Positions 49,260 to 62,828 of a stretch of DNA of 64,000 nt are shown piece after piece. The notes under the pieces are model-generated. The model did no database searches. It saw only the letters and a program-made list of their open reading frames with translations, and was not told the origin of the DNA. Positions within the stretch are counted from its first letter, which is position 1; each line of letters begins with the position of its first letter. A program made the position numbers and the translations under genes. Source of the DNA: Octopus bimaculoides (taxonomy: Eukaryota); assembly GCF_001194135.2 (NCBI RefSeq), contig NC_068994.1, positions 6,968,374 through 7,032,373 on the forward strand, in the 5' to 3' direction.

Positions 49260-49291
49260 CTGCTGAAGGTCAAAAGCTCTAAACGTTAGAC
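49260..49291 (+). ncRNA. Highly degenerate hammerhead-like motif related to 46528-46565
   Basis: CTGCTGA-A-GGTC(AAAA)GCTC-TAAACGTT-AGAC: same spacing, keeps the ACGT palindrome, but has at least four substitutions. Confidence 0.3.
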
Positions 49292-50021
49292 TTCCTTCCT
49301 TATTCATCATGGCAGTAAAATTTATTCAGCAGTACGTGGTGAAGTGTTGTTTAATAACGTGAGTGATATGTATGAACGATTTAAATGACTAAAAAAGAGA
49401 CGGGCTGGAGAGTCAAATAAGTCTAAATCCCTAGACATAAAAAAAAATATTACATGAAATACAGAAATTAGCATAACAGGGCTCTGTAATAATTATGTAA
49501 GGAGTATTAGTGATATAACATGATAATAAAAGACGCACAAGGACATACACACACATACACACACACACATGCGCACGCATACACTGACAAATCTGCTTTC
49601 TGTTATACAATGAAAATACGCAGCAAGAATAATCAAGTAAAATGGAGTGCCAGGCTAAATCCTTCTCACGTTGTGACTTCAGATCCAACCAAGGAGGGTT
49701 CACATCGGGGGTTTTCAACCGTTTTTTAATCTATGGACCTCTTTGATTACAACTTTATTCTGGTGGGTCCCCAGAGCCGTTTTGATGTTTAGAAACTAGT
49801 TTTATAGACACTTACTCTTTTATTTGTTGCAGTCATTTGACTGTGGCCATGCTAGAGCACCACCTTTACTCGAATAAATCGACCCAGGGACTTATTCTTT
49901 GTAAGTCTTGTACTTATTCTATTGGTCTCTTTTTGCCGAACTGCTAAGTTACGGGGATGTAAACACACCAACATTGGTTGTCAAGCGATGGTGGGGGGAC
50001 AAACACAGACACAAACAACAA

Positions 50022-50066
<45 letters not shown>

Positions 50067-50924
50067 ACGAGCTTCAGTAATTTGACTGCGGCCATGCTGG
50101 AGCACCGCCTTTAGTTGAACAAATCAACCCCAGGACTTATTCTATTGGTATCTTTTGCCGAACTGCTAAGTCATGGGAACGTAAACACACCAGCATCAGT
50201 TGTCATAGTGATGGTGGGGAGGACAAACACAGACACATATAAACACATACACACACACACATCTGTGCCCTGTCGGTATCTCCTGGAGGAGATGTTCTCC
50301 TGGGGCTAAAAGCAGTAGTAACATTTACCCTTAGGGTTTAGCCGCATTTAAGTGGCAAATATATTTCACGTTGACAAAAGGAATGTTATATTAAAATTAG
50401 GTGAGGTTAGAGATGTTATGCAAAGAATAATCAGACATGTTAAAAACTTGATATAATTAAACACAGAATAGAAAGATAATAATATAAACACAGACAATAT
50501 TATTTTTTAAAAGAATGGTATAATTTACAAAAACAGGGGATACAGTAACCCAACCATTATACATTTATAGAAGCATCAATGAAGAGTCAAAACCTACAAA
50601 ACCTGGGCGAGGAGAGAAGCAAGAAATAAATAGCTCAAGGTTGAGAAGAGTAGAGAAAAGCTAATACTCTGGAGGTAGTGAAGGGATCAAGTGATGGGAG
50701 GAAATTACACAGTTATTCCTAGACCCCAATTAAATCTACCTTAGGTCTAAATTAGTGATTCTTAATTAGAGTCCATAAGACCCTAAGTCGATGATGGTCA
50801 ATACTTTGCAGGTTGTGAAGGAATTAAGTGAAGAGTGATAGGAGGAAGTTACACAATTATCCCTAGACCCCTATTAAATGTACCTAAGGTCTAAACTAGT
50901 GATTCTTAAACGGGGTCTATAGTT

Positions 50925-51140
50925 GATGCCAGTACCGCCTGACTGGCCCTCATGCTAGTGGCACATAAAAAGCACCTACTACAATCTTGGAGTGGTTGTC
51001 ATTAGGAAGAGCATCCCGCTGTAGAAACCTTGTCAGAGCAGATTGGAGACTAGTACAGCCTTCTGGCTTGCCAGCCCTCAGTCAAACCGTCCAACCCATG
51101 CCAGCATGGAAAACGGACGTTAAACGACGATGATGATGAT
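50925..51140 (+). mobile_element. SINE family E, 3' portion
   Basis: GTGGCACATAAAAAGCACC...GGAGTGGTTGTCATTAGGAAGAGCATCC...CCAACCCATGCCAGCATGGAAAACGGACGTTAAACGACGATGATG. Confidence 0.78.
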
Positions 51141-51498
51141 GACATACATAAATGTATATATATATGTATGTATACACACACACACACACACACACACACA
51201 TAGGACACACAGACTATGGACTCCAAGGAAATTAAACTTGATGATGGTGGTTTGTGTTAGGCAAAATGTTAAGCAGTGAAGATCATGAGTTATAAGTTTA
51301 TATGTCAATGGGAGGAATAGAATCTGATATTTCAGGACAGACCCGGGGAAAAAAAGATAGTTTTTTAAAATCAAGATTAAATTTGTTCTTTTTTTTCTTT
51401 CTTTCAGACAAAATGGTTTGTCTCAAAATGCTAGTTTCCTCTTCAGATTCCTTTTCGTATTATATAAAATTACCAAAACTCCTGAAATGTTAATGTGT

Positions 51499-51890
51499 AG
51501 ACGCAGGCATGGCTGTGTGGTAAGAAGCTTGCTTCCCAATCATATGGTTCTGGGTTCAGTCCCACCAAATGGCACCTTGGACAAGTGTCTTCTACTATAG
51601 CCTTGGGCCGACCAAAGCCTTGTGAGTGGATTTTAGTAGACAGAAACTGAGTTGAGGCCATCGTGTATATATATGTGTGTGTGTGTGTGTTTGTCCCCCC
51701 ACCACTGCTTGACAACCAGTGTTGGTGTGTTTATGTCCCCATAACCTAGCAGGTAGGCCAAAGGGACGGATTGAATAAGTACAAGGTTTAACAAAAAACA
51801 AAAATATTGGGTTTGATTCATTCAGCTAAAAATTCTTCTAGATGGTGCCCCAGCATGGCCACAGTCTAATGATTGAAACAAGTAAAAGAT
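51499..51890 (+). mobile_element. Full-length SINE family D
   Basis: GCAGGCATGGCTGTGTGGTAAG (A box), GGGTTCAGTCCC (B box), internal (TG)n, 3' GGTGCCCCAGCATGGCCACAGTC...GAAACAAGTAAAAG. Other partial copies at ~16360-16850, 35147-35745 and 49818-50260. Confidence 0.82.
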
Positions 51891-54307
51891 AGAAGATACA
51901 TATGCAGGTAACTGGAGACAGTTATTTCTTTCACGCTGCCTTATTTTCATTTCCTTACCAATAACCTCCATCATTCTTTAATCATTCTCTACTCCATCAT
52001 TCTTTAACCATTCTCCACTCCATCATTCTTTAACCATTCTCCACTCCTGTCTTTCCTTCTGCCCAGAGTAATAGCACGTGCTTTTCAAAGGCGTTTTATC
52101 CAGTCGCTGTCTAAATGTCGGAATGTTAACATCTGGTCCCCTTTCGTCACTGCTTTGCTTTATCCCATTCAGATGTAGACACTAATCTATCGACGAGCTT
52201 GTGGCTCGTCTAGCTCAACACACTGTGGGATTTCTACCTCACCTCGCTACCACTTCAAAACTTATTAGATATTTTAGATGTACAGCCAAGTACCGGAGCT
52301 AACTACCTTCATGTGCATGAAGGAATGAACTCATGCCTCCTACACACTATTGTCTTGTACACTTATCTCTGTTGTGCCAGTTACTTCATGTGTGAGCAAG
52401 GAATAAATTATGTTTGTTAACCAAAAGCATTACCTTCTGATTTTTATCGTTACCTTTATGTAAAACATGCATTTATACGTTTCAAACCTTACGTGCATAC
52501 ATCTAAATATACTTCTTAAACTGGTAAAGCCCAATTCTTAATTTACCTCTTGTTACAGATGTAACTTTGCCTTATTCCCTGTAAACAAGGAACATGGCAC
52601 GATATGGTTAATAAACCTGCCTAAACACTAAACTAAATACCCAGAGTGGAGTTTGGTAGATATCTTTTCCCCATTGCAAAAAAAAATATGTACTGAAAGC
52701 TTATGGCTAGTTAGAAGAGATTTGACAGTTTTTATGGTACCTGTTTTCAGCCAGTGTGAATGGGGAAAGATTTATATTTATAAAATAAAAGCAAAACATC
52801 AAAAATAATTCTAAACATACACAATAACATGAAAATAAATCAACATCAAACAAAACATGTAAAAAAAAAGAAAAAATTAAAATCAGAGCCAAGATTATAA
52901 TTTCAAAAGGAAAGAAAATACATATAAAAAAAAATCCATCCTTACTTTTGTGTCCTTGAAGATTGATCACTCGGTAAAAGAACAATCCAATTTTTTTAAT
53001 TTTGGGTTAAAATGGTAGAACTTTCCACAAACATCCATCTTGAAATGATTTGAAGTTTGATTTCTTATCAACAGAATTGTCCGTTAGAATTTTTTCACTG
53101 CCTTGTCTAAAATTCTTCAAAATTAATTCTCTTCATTCTCAATAAAAAGGAAAACAAACATCCTATAGCTGNNNNNNNNNNNNNNNNNNNNNNNNNNNNN
53201 NNNNNNNNNNNNNNNNNNNNNNNNNNNNNNNNNNNNNNNNNNNNNNNNNNNNNNNNNNNNNNNNNNNNNNNNNNNNNNNNNNNNNNNNNNNNNNNNNNNN
53301 NNNNNNNNNNNTGATGATACATATATATATCTTTATATATATATATATATATTTATCACATCAAAATAGTGTGGAATACAGGGAATGGAGAATAAAATTA
53401 TTTATTCAACCATTGCTTGAAGTTCAATTTTTCTCTTATTTTTCTTAATTGCTTTTCATTTTATTTTCCATATTTCAATAAACTTCCTAGAATTTCCATC
53501 TAAAAGTAAGTAGACTTAGCAATTATCCCTTATCCTATATACATTATCTTTTGGGGGTTTTTTTTTTTGTTTTTTTTTTTCTTCTTTTATCATTTCTTCA
53601 TTGAAATGTTTAATGTTAGATTCTCAATTTAGTGTTAGATCCTACACAATTTCCTTCGGCCACAACTATAATCTTAATCTAGGAGTTTGAACGCTCTCTT
53701 TTTTTCACCATAGCCCAGTCGTTTCTTGTTTTTTTAAATATCACACGATCAGTCTTTGATTTCTTTCTGTTGATGAAAAATTGGGAGTGGGGTGAAAGAA
53801 AGAAACAAGATTCGTCTGTTGTTGGAGTGAGAGTGAGAGAGACAAAAGGGTGGCGGTGGAAGAGAAGATAAGCATGTAATTTTCATTGAAAAACTGCTGA
53901 CAGATTTTCTAATGTTTTGTAGTTCTTGCTGCAAGTATTGTCTTTGTATTGAATGAATGTGTAAATAATATTGTGTGTGTGTCTGTGTGTATACAGGACA
54001 TTGGTGGTGCAACTGAACCTGTGAATGTCAATGTGCTAGTGAAGTGACGTAGTGGTGGTGGTGTGCACATGTAGAGATGAAATTTGAACATATGCAAACA
54101 TGCAGATGTGATGAATGTCTTACCTCCAGACACACCTATAATCAATCAACAAAACATAACAGGATATGCAATATCCGAACCATTTGTTTTTCTTTTGTTA
54201 TTATTGTGGGCGGTACCTTTTTTTTTTTTTTTTTAATTTCCTTTTTAAAGAACTACAAGAACACAAACTTAGACATTACACTAACTGGTAACAATGATAC
54301 ACATCAA

Positions 54308-54528
54308 CCCTTTAGCATTTAATCCGGCCATATCCAGCCAAAATATTCTCCCCCGTTTTATCTTCAAACTGACCAGATTTGGTCTCTCACACTTACCCTA
54401 CAATATAATTCTAAAAATAAACCACTGCATCACCAAAATCTCAAAGCTACAAGATAATGATTGACTAGTTCTTATCAATGTGAATAAATAAGTATTACAT
54501 TTGACAGAAAAATCTAGATGTTATAGAG
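54308..54528. mobile_element. Degraded piggyBac-type MITE (family of 42410-42630)
   Basis: TCAA-CCCTTTAGCATTT...ATGTTATAGAG-TTAA; same 221-bp length and body. Confidence 0.75.
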
Positions 54529-55166
54529 TTAAACAGTGCCTGCTTAGTATACTGGGCTCCGCTTACAGGAGCCAGTGCTTCTGTAAAAGAACTTGTATTA
54601 GATACCTGGTCATGGAATCTCAGAACCTAAGAATGTCATTTTCACAGACTTCTGTCATCAAACTAAAAAGTAATTAAAGAAAAATCTGTATAACGATTAT
54701 CCGAACACAAAATATATATCTGTTATCAACGGACAGACACTGTCATCAATTATGATGAACAGATGTACTTATCGTTTAATTAATGAACTGTACCCTAAGT
54801 GGCTGAGGACTGCAGACACCTGTACCCTTAATGTAATCCTCTGGCAGACTCTACATGACAAAGCTGGGTGCTCAAAATACAGGCAAAACCCTCTGGTGGG
54901 CTTCTGCATAGTTGTTTGTGTTGTTGTCTACCCAGGCTTCAGTGAAACCAAAGCCAAAGTAGAAGAAAGACTGTAGCCTCCGAGGTGCCGTGCAGCAGGA
55001 TTGATCTTTGAACCAAACGATGGCAAAACAAGTTTGCTATCTATGCGGTAATGTGCCCATGGATATGTGTGTGGTTAACACCCTCACGCGCACACATATA
55101 TACAAACACATATACACATTATTCAACTCCTCAGAGCATCCCAGTTTGTTTGTTCTTCCATAAATG

Positions 55167-55202
<36 letters not shown>

Positions 55203-56694
55203 TNNNNNNNNNNNNNNNNNNNNNNNNNNNNNNNNNNNNNNNNNNNNNNNNNNNNNNNNNNNNNNNNNNNNNNNNNNNNNNNNNNNNNNNNNNNNNNNNN
55301 NNNNNNNNNNNNNNNNNNNNNNNNNNNNNNNNNNNNNNNNNNNNNNNNNNNNNNNNNNNNNNNNNNNNNNNNNNNNNNNNNNNNNNNNNNNNNNNNNNNN
55401 NNNNNNNNNNNNNNNNNNNNNNNNNNNNNNNNNNNNNNNNNNNNNNNNNNNNNNNNNNNNNNNNNNNNNNNNNNNNNNNNNNNNNNNNNNNNNNNNNNNN
55501 NNNNNNNNNNNNNNNNNNNNNNNNNNNNNNNNNNNNNNNNNNNNNNNNNNNNNNNNNNNNNNNNATAATAATAATAATAATAATAATAAATAATAATAAT
55601 GATGCACAATTGGAAAAAGTGCAGTTTGTTATGTAATAAAAAACATAAGATTGATTTTGGATTTTTCATTTTCTACTTTGAACCTGAAGAAGATGGATGT
55701 ACTGTTGAAATGGAAGTATTGTTCAGTTTAATAAACAAAGTTCAATCTGAGTTTTATTACATATCGTATTGCGCTCTTCTAATTGCATATTTTTTAACCT
55801 TCGTGAAGAGTTTCGTCAGTCTTCGTAAATTAATAATAATAATGATAATAAAAATAAGGAGAAGAAGAAAAAGTGCAGCAATAACAAAAACAACAACAAC
55901 AACAACAACAACGATGAGGAGGAGGAGGGAAAAGAAGGAAGATGAGGTGTGGCTTAGGCCCGATGGAATTAATTAACGATGGGAGAGGGGAGGGCAACGT
56001 ATAACGAGGACTCTGTGCAGTTTATACCATTCTACAGGAGTATTTGATTCAGTTGTACTGATAGAGTATTAGGGAGATGCAATGAACATCACAACTACCC
56101 ATTAAAAAAAATTATAATAATAATAATAATAATGATGATGATGGTACTGCTGGTGTTGATGATGATGATGATGATGATGAGCAAAAAAAGTGGCCTTGGT
56201 ATTGAGAAGCCATGTTTCTTTTCTAAATAAACCCAATATTTATTCATGGATCTTCCAAGACCGACCATTCTGCTGACGGGTTAAGAATATCTGAATCACA
56301 AGAATGAAAACAAATAATAACAATAATAATAATAATAATATTTGCCACATTCGCAATGTTTGCTACTGTGGCTGCGTATCTTCATCACAGTCATCAGCAT
56401 CATCATCGTCATCATCATCATCATCATCATCGCTGTCATTGTCATTATCCTTATTATTACTACCATTCAAAAGCAAGAGAAAGAAAAGTTGGCGAGGTGG
56501 GGTGGGGGTGGAGGCGGGTAGGATATTTGTCGGAGAGGTAGAGCTGTACAGTTCTTTATCAATAAGCTAAATTTTAGGAATCTGAAGGAAATGGAAAAAA
56601 AAAAAAAAAGTAAAAGAAAGAAAGAAAGAGCCTGTGGTGCTGCGATAGAACAAGACATTGGGGGGGGGGGAGGTTAAAATATAACAAAACATAA

Positions 56695-57080
56695 GTATTT
56701 CTACTCTAGGCACAAGGCCCTGAAAATTATGGGGAAAAAGGGGGAGCTAGTCAATTATATCGACCCTAGTACGTAACTGGTACTTGTTTCATCGACCTCG
56801 AAAGGATGAAAGGCAAAGTCGACTTCGGTGGAATCAAAACAAAACAAATAATAATAATGATAATAATAATAATCCTTCCTACTAAAGGCACAAGGTCTGA
56901 AATTTTGGGGGAGGGGACTAGTCAATTACATTGACCCCCAGTGTTTCACTGGTACTTAATTTATCGACCCCTGGAAGGATGAAAGGCAAAGTTGACCCTG
57001 GTGGGATTTGAACTCAGAATGTGAATATACCGCAAAGCATTTTGTACAGCATGCTCACAATTCTGCCAGCTCACCACCTT

Positions 57081-57115
<35 letters not shown>

Positions 57116-57300
57116 TGGTTCTAATAATGGCACAGAAATTCAGGAGGGGAGTGTTCGTGAACTGAATCAACACCAGTATTTAACTGGTACTTTATGTCAT
57201 AGACCCTTGAGAGGAAAAATGTCAAAGTTAGTTTTAGTAGTATTTGAACTCAGAATGTAGAAGAACACAGCTAAGTAACTAAGTACCCTGTGGCATCTTG
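56695..57300 (-). mobile_element. Tandem array of three family F SINEs with (AAT)n spacers
   Basis: Units at ~56695, ~56860 and ~57110; an opposite-strand family F copy follows at ~57365-57550. Confidence 0.75.
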
Positions 57301-58299
57301 TCTGATGAACCACCATTGCTGCCTGAGCAGAATTTTTAGAGTGACAAAGTATCTTATAGTGTTTTATGTTCTGGTTTGAAAGCCTACATTCATCAACTTT
57401 TGCTTTTTATCCCCCTTCTGGGGGGGGGGGGGTCAATAAAATAAAATGCCATTTAAGTACCAGTGCTGATACAATCAACAGTTCACTTCCCCCTCACAAA
57501 AATGTTATGCCTTATGACTATGTAAGAATCACTATCACATTCATTGTTATTAGTTGCTATGAAATAGTTTGGATGTATTTTTAACCATGCTGCGTAAGTC
57601 TCTGTTAAAAATCATTGTTTTTGCCTGTTTGATATTGTTTTATGAGTAAAACTTTTATATTCCCCACCCCAAAAAAAATGCTCAGTCAGTATTAGAAAAA
57701 ATTCATATACAAGACAGCTTCAACAATGCCCGTCATAAAAATACTGAAAGGGAAAACCCTTCCTCTCACCAGCTCACTTACAGCTGAACACTTCCATCTC
57801 CTTCCGACACTCACTCCACTGAAAAGGGATTGCAAGTCAACTGGCAAGGGCAGTGGTAATGGTAACAACAACAGCAACAACAAAAAACTGAGTGTTGTCA
57901 GACTGCTGGAAGCTGGCACTATTGCAGAAAAAAACATCCACGACCACCACTACCAGTAGCAGCATGATGTTAAGCACTGAGAGGGACAGTGGCAGCAACA
58001 CCACCAGTCACCATAGTCACCACGACAGGCAATGACACCAGTGACAAAAAGCAACAATAACAACAATAAAATTAACAACAACTACAGAACCAGTGAAGAA
58101 TTAACAACAACTACACAAAAAGTTTTTCATATGCTGTTAATACAAAAAAAAACTGTTACCACTAGGCCTGGGAAACAAAAGCAGTGAATTGGCTCAAGCC
58201 AAAAATATTAAATTTGAGAGGGGGAAGGCAGTAGTAATAGTGCCTCCTGAAATCATGGCAGAACATGCAAAGAGAACAGTCCATTACAGATGTGTTCCC

Positions 58300-58800
58300 C
58301 TACGAAGATAGTGAGTTGAGCTTGCCACAATCTTTCAAGTGGAGAAAGCTCTGAATGACATTATGGAAGATGTGGCCCACATGCAAAAAGCAAGGCAGTT
58401 TGCCAGCATTGAAGTCCTCTTCAAATGTGAGGACCTGTTGTGAAAACATTCTGTGATACTCCGCTGGAGTGAGGAGTGTGTTCTGTATCTGACATACCTT
58501 TCAAAGAGAACTGTCAAGCTGAGGATATTGGGTATTCTGCCTGATGTGAACATCTGGTGGAACATAGCCTGTGTTGTCCTCAAGGACCCAGACACACTCC
58601 TCAAGCTCAAACGCAGCAACAGAGAGAACTGGTTTGGTATAAACCTAGAGATTCTGCTCCAGGTGAAACCTGAGAACGTAGAGAAAATCCCAGACTTCAT
58701 ACAGCTGTCTGATGGGATTGAGCTACATCTTGTCATAGAAGGCAGAAAACCAAAGTGTGATCTTTGTGGGACCACCTTAGAGCCTTCTTCACCTTAAAAA
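58300..58800 (+). pseudogene. LINE ORF1 remnant (Gag-like, CCHC knuckle)
   Basis: KRTVKLRILGILPDV...WFGINLEILLQV...IPDFIQLSDGIELHLVIEGRKPKCDLCG-(frameshift)-DHLRAF, resembling CX2CX4HX4C; followed by a Thr-rich low-complexity stretch. Confidence 0.7.
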
Positions 58801-59087
58801 TAGGAGGCATGAACACTGCACCCTCAACAACTGCAACATCAAAGACAATATATCACACCTGCAGTATTATCATCAACAGCAGTGACAACAGATACACAAA
58901 AATTACCATCAGAGGGACTACAACAGCAACATTAACAACTACACCAGCAGTTGCAAAAGCAATAAGACTGCCAGACAAAAATAACAGAAGCAGCTGAGAC
59001 AACAACAGCCCAACAGCATCCTCATCATTATCACCACCAACATGAAAAACAACAGAAAAAAAACCCACCCAGAGCATTTCTCATCCC

Positions 59088-59121
<34 letters not shown>

Positions 59122-59555
59122 CACACATAGACATTCTCACAAATACAAACATATTCCCACACATATCCAAGTCAGATTCCACAGGCACTGGTACCTCTAC
59201 ATCTCAAAGTAAAGATGAAAAGGAACCTCACAAACTGACCCACCCCCCAGAAAACACAAAAATCATCTTATCTCATATCAAAACACACACAAAAACCAGA
59301 AAACACTGAAAATGTGCTCATGAAAATACAAACATATTGACATCAACCCCACCAGCATCACAATCATCAACACACCCTTTGCTTCAGCTACCAATACCAC
59401 CGACACTACCACAACCACAACTACCCAGTAGGCTTTCATAGGGGTTCCTAAAGGGACACCAACCAGATATGAAAGTTGGGCCACCCATGTTCTAACAGCA
59501 CCTGGAGGGTAAATAAACCCAGTCTTTTCTTTTCTCTGAACTCTTTCCAGCCAAT

Positions 59556-62537
59556 GTGGTAATTAGAGCAGGTTATATAAATACACATGGTCTGGGGTCA
59601 TTCTGGAAGCAAGGTCACTTGCTCAATGACCTCAGGTCACTAGCTATAGATGCAACAGCTGTCAGTGAGACTAGGATTTCAAACATGTGCACAGTAGCCC
59701 CTGTTTTTGATGACTTTGTGATCTTTGCATCTCTTAGTCAACCTGGAACAGGAGGCAGAGCGGCAGCACTGTTTAGAAAATGCCTGGATCTCAAGGCACA
59801 GATGATCTTTCTAGATGCAGGTGGTAAGTCAGAGGTTGTAAACGAGCAATAGTGAAGGTGGTACTTTGAAACTAGTCATAATGTATGCCCCAACTGAAGT
59901 AAGGCAGCCAGATTTCTTTATATGTTTGGCAGTTTTTCTTGGGACATCTAGCTCTTTAGTGCTATGGGATGAATGGAATGCTATCTTGGATGCACACCTG
60001 GACTGTGTAGGGCTAACTGATAGAAGAGCCTCACAAACCTAAGTCACTATGAACTGGCTAACAGATATCGACTGAATTTCCTGAATGCACCAATGTGGAT
60101 ATGGGTAAATAGCATTGGGTCATCCAGATCATATCTTGGTAGAGTATTCTGTAGGCCAGTAGAGGAAACAGCATAGGTTGTCCACAATTTAAAGTTGTCA
60201 GCTACACACAACCACAAATTTATGATCTGTACAGTTAAACCAGATAGGTTCTATAGGCAGAGCCCCAGATACTGGAAGCTGAATGCATCGTTCCTGATGC
60301 ATCAAGCTTTCGGAAACCAATTTAGCAAGTTAGTCCTTTAGAAGTTGACCAGCACAATTGTCAACAACTGATGGTAGACCCAAAAGGGGTTAGGCATTAG
60401 GGTTTAGTAAAGAAATAATGATAGAGAAGTCTAGTATAGAGGGCAACGTAGTTAGGAAGCTAGAAGAGGTACCTAGGAAAAGCAAAGCAAACAATGTGCT
60501 GGAAGTGAGATTGGTTCTTGACCAAATCTTCAAGGTCAAGAACAAAGGTCATGTTGTCAGAACTTGGGTGCATCTTCTAAAACACGAGGAAATGATAGCT
60601 GTTCAATGGGCCTGGCTGGTAGAGGTGCAACATGGCAACAAAACTACAATTCGGTCTTTCATGTGACAAGATGGGCACTTGCTACTAGAATCCAAGCAAA
60701 TGTGTGCTGTATTTCAGCAGCACTTTGCTGAACTGTACAGGGCACACAGTGGGTCAGAGATGAGGGTGGATTTTTACCTCCTGCTTCAATGACCTGCTGT
60801 AGCTTTCTGCCAGGGATGCAGAGTTCTGTGAAATGCTGATAACAGCTGAAGATGTATGTGATGTGAAGACTAGCTGCACAAGGGAGAAATCTCCGAGGTT
60901 GGATGGTTTACCCTTTAAGCTTTATCTTCCTACACCAGATTTATTCAGTGATCTCTCGGCAGATGTCTACCACAACTGGCAGCTGATTGAAAGAATTCCC
61001 AGTCTTGTGAGCCAAGGTGTGGTAGTGCTGCCGAGAAAGGACCCCAAAAATGAGCACATATTACAAGGTTTTGACCCAGGTGATAACCGAGAGGCTAGCA
61101 CTTGTCGTGGATAGACTGGTCGGTGATGCACTATCCCAAACAGATCTATCCACGACCACCTCCACTCCACACAGTACATCATAAAGAGGGTAAGGAACCC
61201 TGGCATGGGTGGAGGCCTGATCAACATGGATCAATCAAAAGCCTTTTAATAGAGTTGACCATCAATACTTGGCAGTTGGTTTCAGTCACATTTTCAAAGG
61301 TTGAATTACAGCAGTGCACAGCGACATCTGCTCAGTAGTCAAAGCAAATGGCCACATATCAGAATCATTTAGCATCACATGTTCAGTCTGTCAAGGATGC
61401 CCTCTCTTTCCTCTTCTGTATGTGCTGGCTCTCAAGCCATTACTATGGAAGCTGGATGTTTCGAGGGGCATCCCACGCGAACTAGGATGCAAAAGTTTTG
61501 TGTCAGATTATGCAGACGACATCACTATAATAATGTCAGACATCAAAGTGATCGGTACTAGAGTACAAAGTAGTGGCAGGAGCAAAGACTAACCAAAAGT
61601 CAGAGGACCTGCAGCTCAACACCTGGAAAGGCAGGCCCATGCCACCCAACAGCATCATAGGGAACTGGATGGAAGGACCAGTTAAATTGCTTGGGGTCTG
61701 GTTTGATCCAGGCCTCCAGGTAGACAAGAACTGGGGGAGGGTGAAGAGAAGGGTGGTCAGTCTCACCCAGAAATGGGGTGAGAGGAAGCAGTCTCTGAAA
61801 GGTTGAGCAGAGGTAACAAATGCATACATCACCCCCTTCATTTACTACTATCTAACCCTCGTCCTTTGCCCTGCTTTGTTGCTGGTCAAGCTGGAGCACT
61901 TACTTTTCAGTTTCTCTAAAAAGAATGGTACATTTGCTATCAGCAACCACTAAGTGTAGGACTGGACATGCTGTAGCTAATGGTGCACAGACATTGGCTG
62001 GTCTTTTCCAGAGGACTTTAGTGCTGGGGCCCATGGATAATTTCCAGAAATCCTTGGCCTGGTTTGTGCTACTGGGGATTCTGCCAGTTTGAGACAAGCT
62101 CTACAGGCATGGAAGTACTGTCTGAGATGCGTACAGAGCAATGAAACTGTTCTGCATGCACTCATCCAGTCTCAAGAGATAGCTGACTTGTAGAGCTTTA
62201 TCAAACAGCTGTTGTCATGTGGAGGGCAGATCTGATTATTAGCCGAGTCCATCAAGAGGATAGCCCCGTTGCCTTCTTTTGGCCAGAAAGGGCATGCAGT
62301 TTTTCTGTCTGGTGGCTAAGACAAAAAGACAGTGTGGCAGACAAGGTCGAAAGGACTAAAGACAGACACTTTCCTTTTCAGTGAAACCCTCATTGACTTT
62401 TTCAAGTTGTTCTTGAAAAGGAAAGTCAGGGTGGAGAGGGAAGTGCTGCCCCCTACCCCAGTATTTTTGTTGAAAAGTAAGTGAATGTGGTGAGGATGGC
62501 CTGTGTGAATGAGCCTACCCTGAGCATGCAACTGTAG
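59556..62537 (+). pseudogene. LINE ORF2 remnant (APE endonuclease plus reverse transcriptase), many stops and frameshifts
   Basis: YINTHGL...AVSETR (APE N-terminus), YAP, YWKLNASFL (60270-60296), KSPRLDGLP, NMDQSKAF, RVDHQY, QGCPL (61392), YADD (61509-61520), LLGVWF; terminal TAG at 62535-62537. Confidence 0.92.
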
Positions 62538-62789
62538 GCTGGAGGGAGAGGAAAGGAGAGGGGTGCCTGCTTGAGGTGCCCTTGGAGATTGGAGTGTCCA
62601 GAATGTGTTAGGTACCTAGGTGACCCAGGGTGGAGCTTCCCTCCTTTTGAAGAATGTTATTAATATGCTTTTATTGCTAATCATTTTTGGTTGTTGTTGT
62701 TTAGACATGCTACCTGTAAATCCTCAATCTCTTATGTCGTATTAACCTTTTGTTTTTGTGTGCAGCCCTTGAGGCCAATAAAGAAAGAA

Positions 62790-62828
<39 letters not shown>

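Larger units (their letters stand above)
57720..62827 (+). mobile_element. Near full-length, inactive Tx1/L1-clade non-LTR retrotransposon ending in AATAAA...(ATT)12
   Basis: ORF1-like region with degenerate zinc knuckle, APE endonuclease, RT with YADD, C-terminal region, ~250-bp 3' UTR, AATAAA at 62777-62782 and (ATT)12 at 62792-62827. The 5' boundary is uncertain (between ~57555 and ~58230). Confidence 0.88.
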
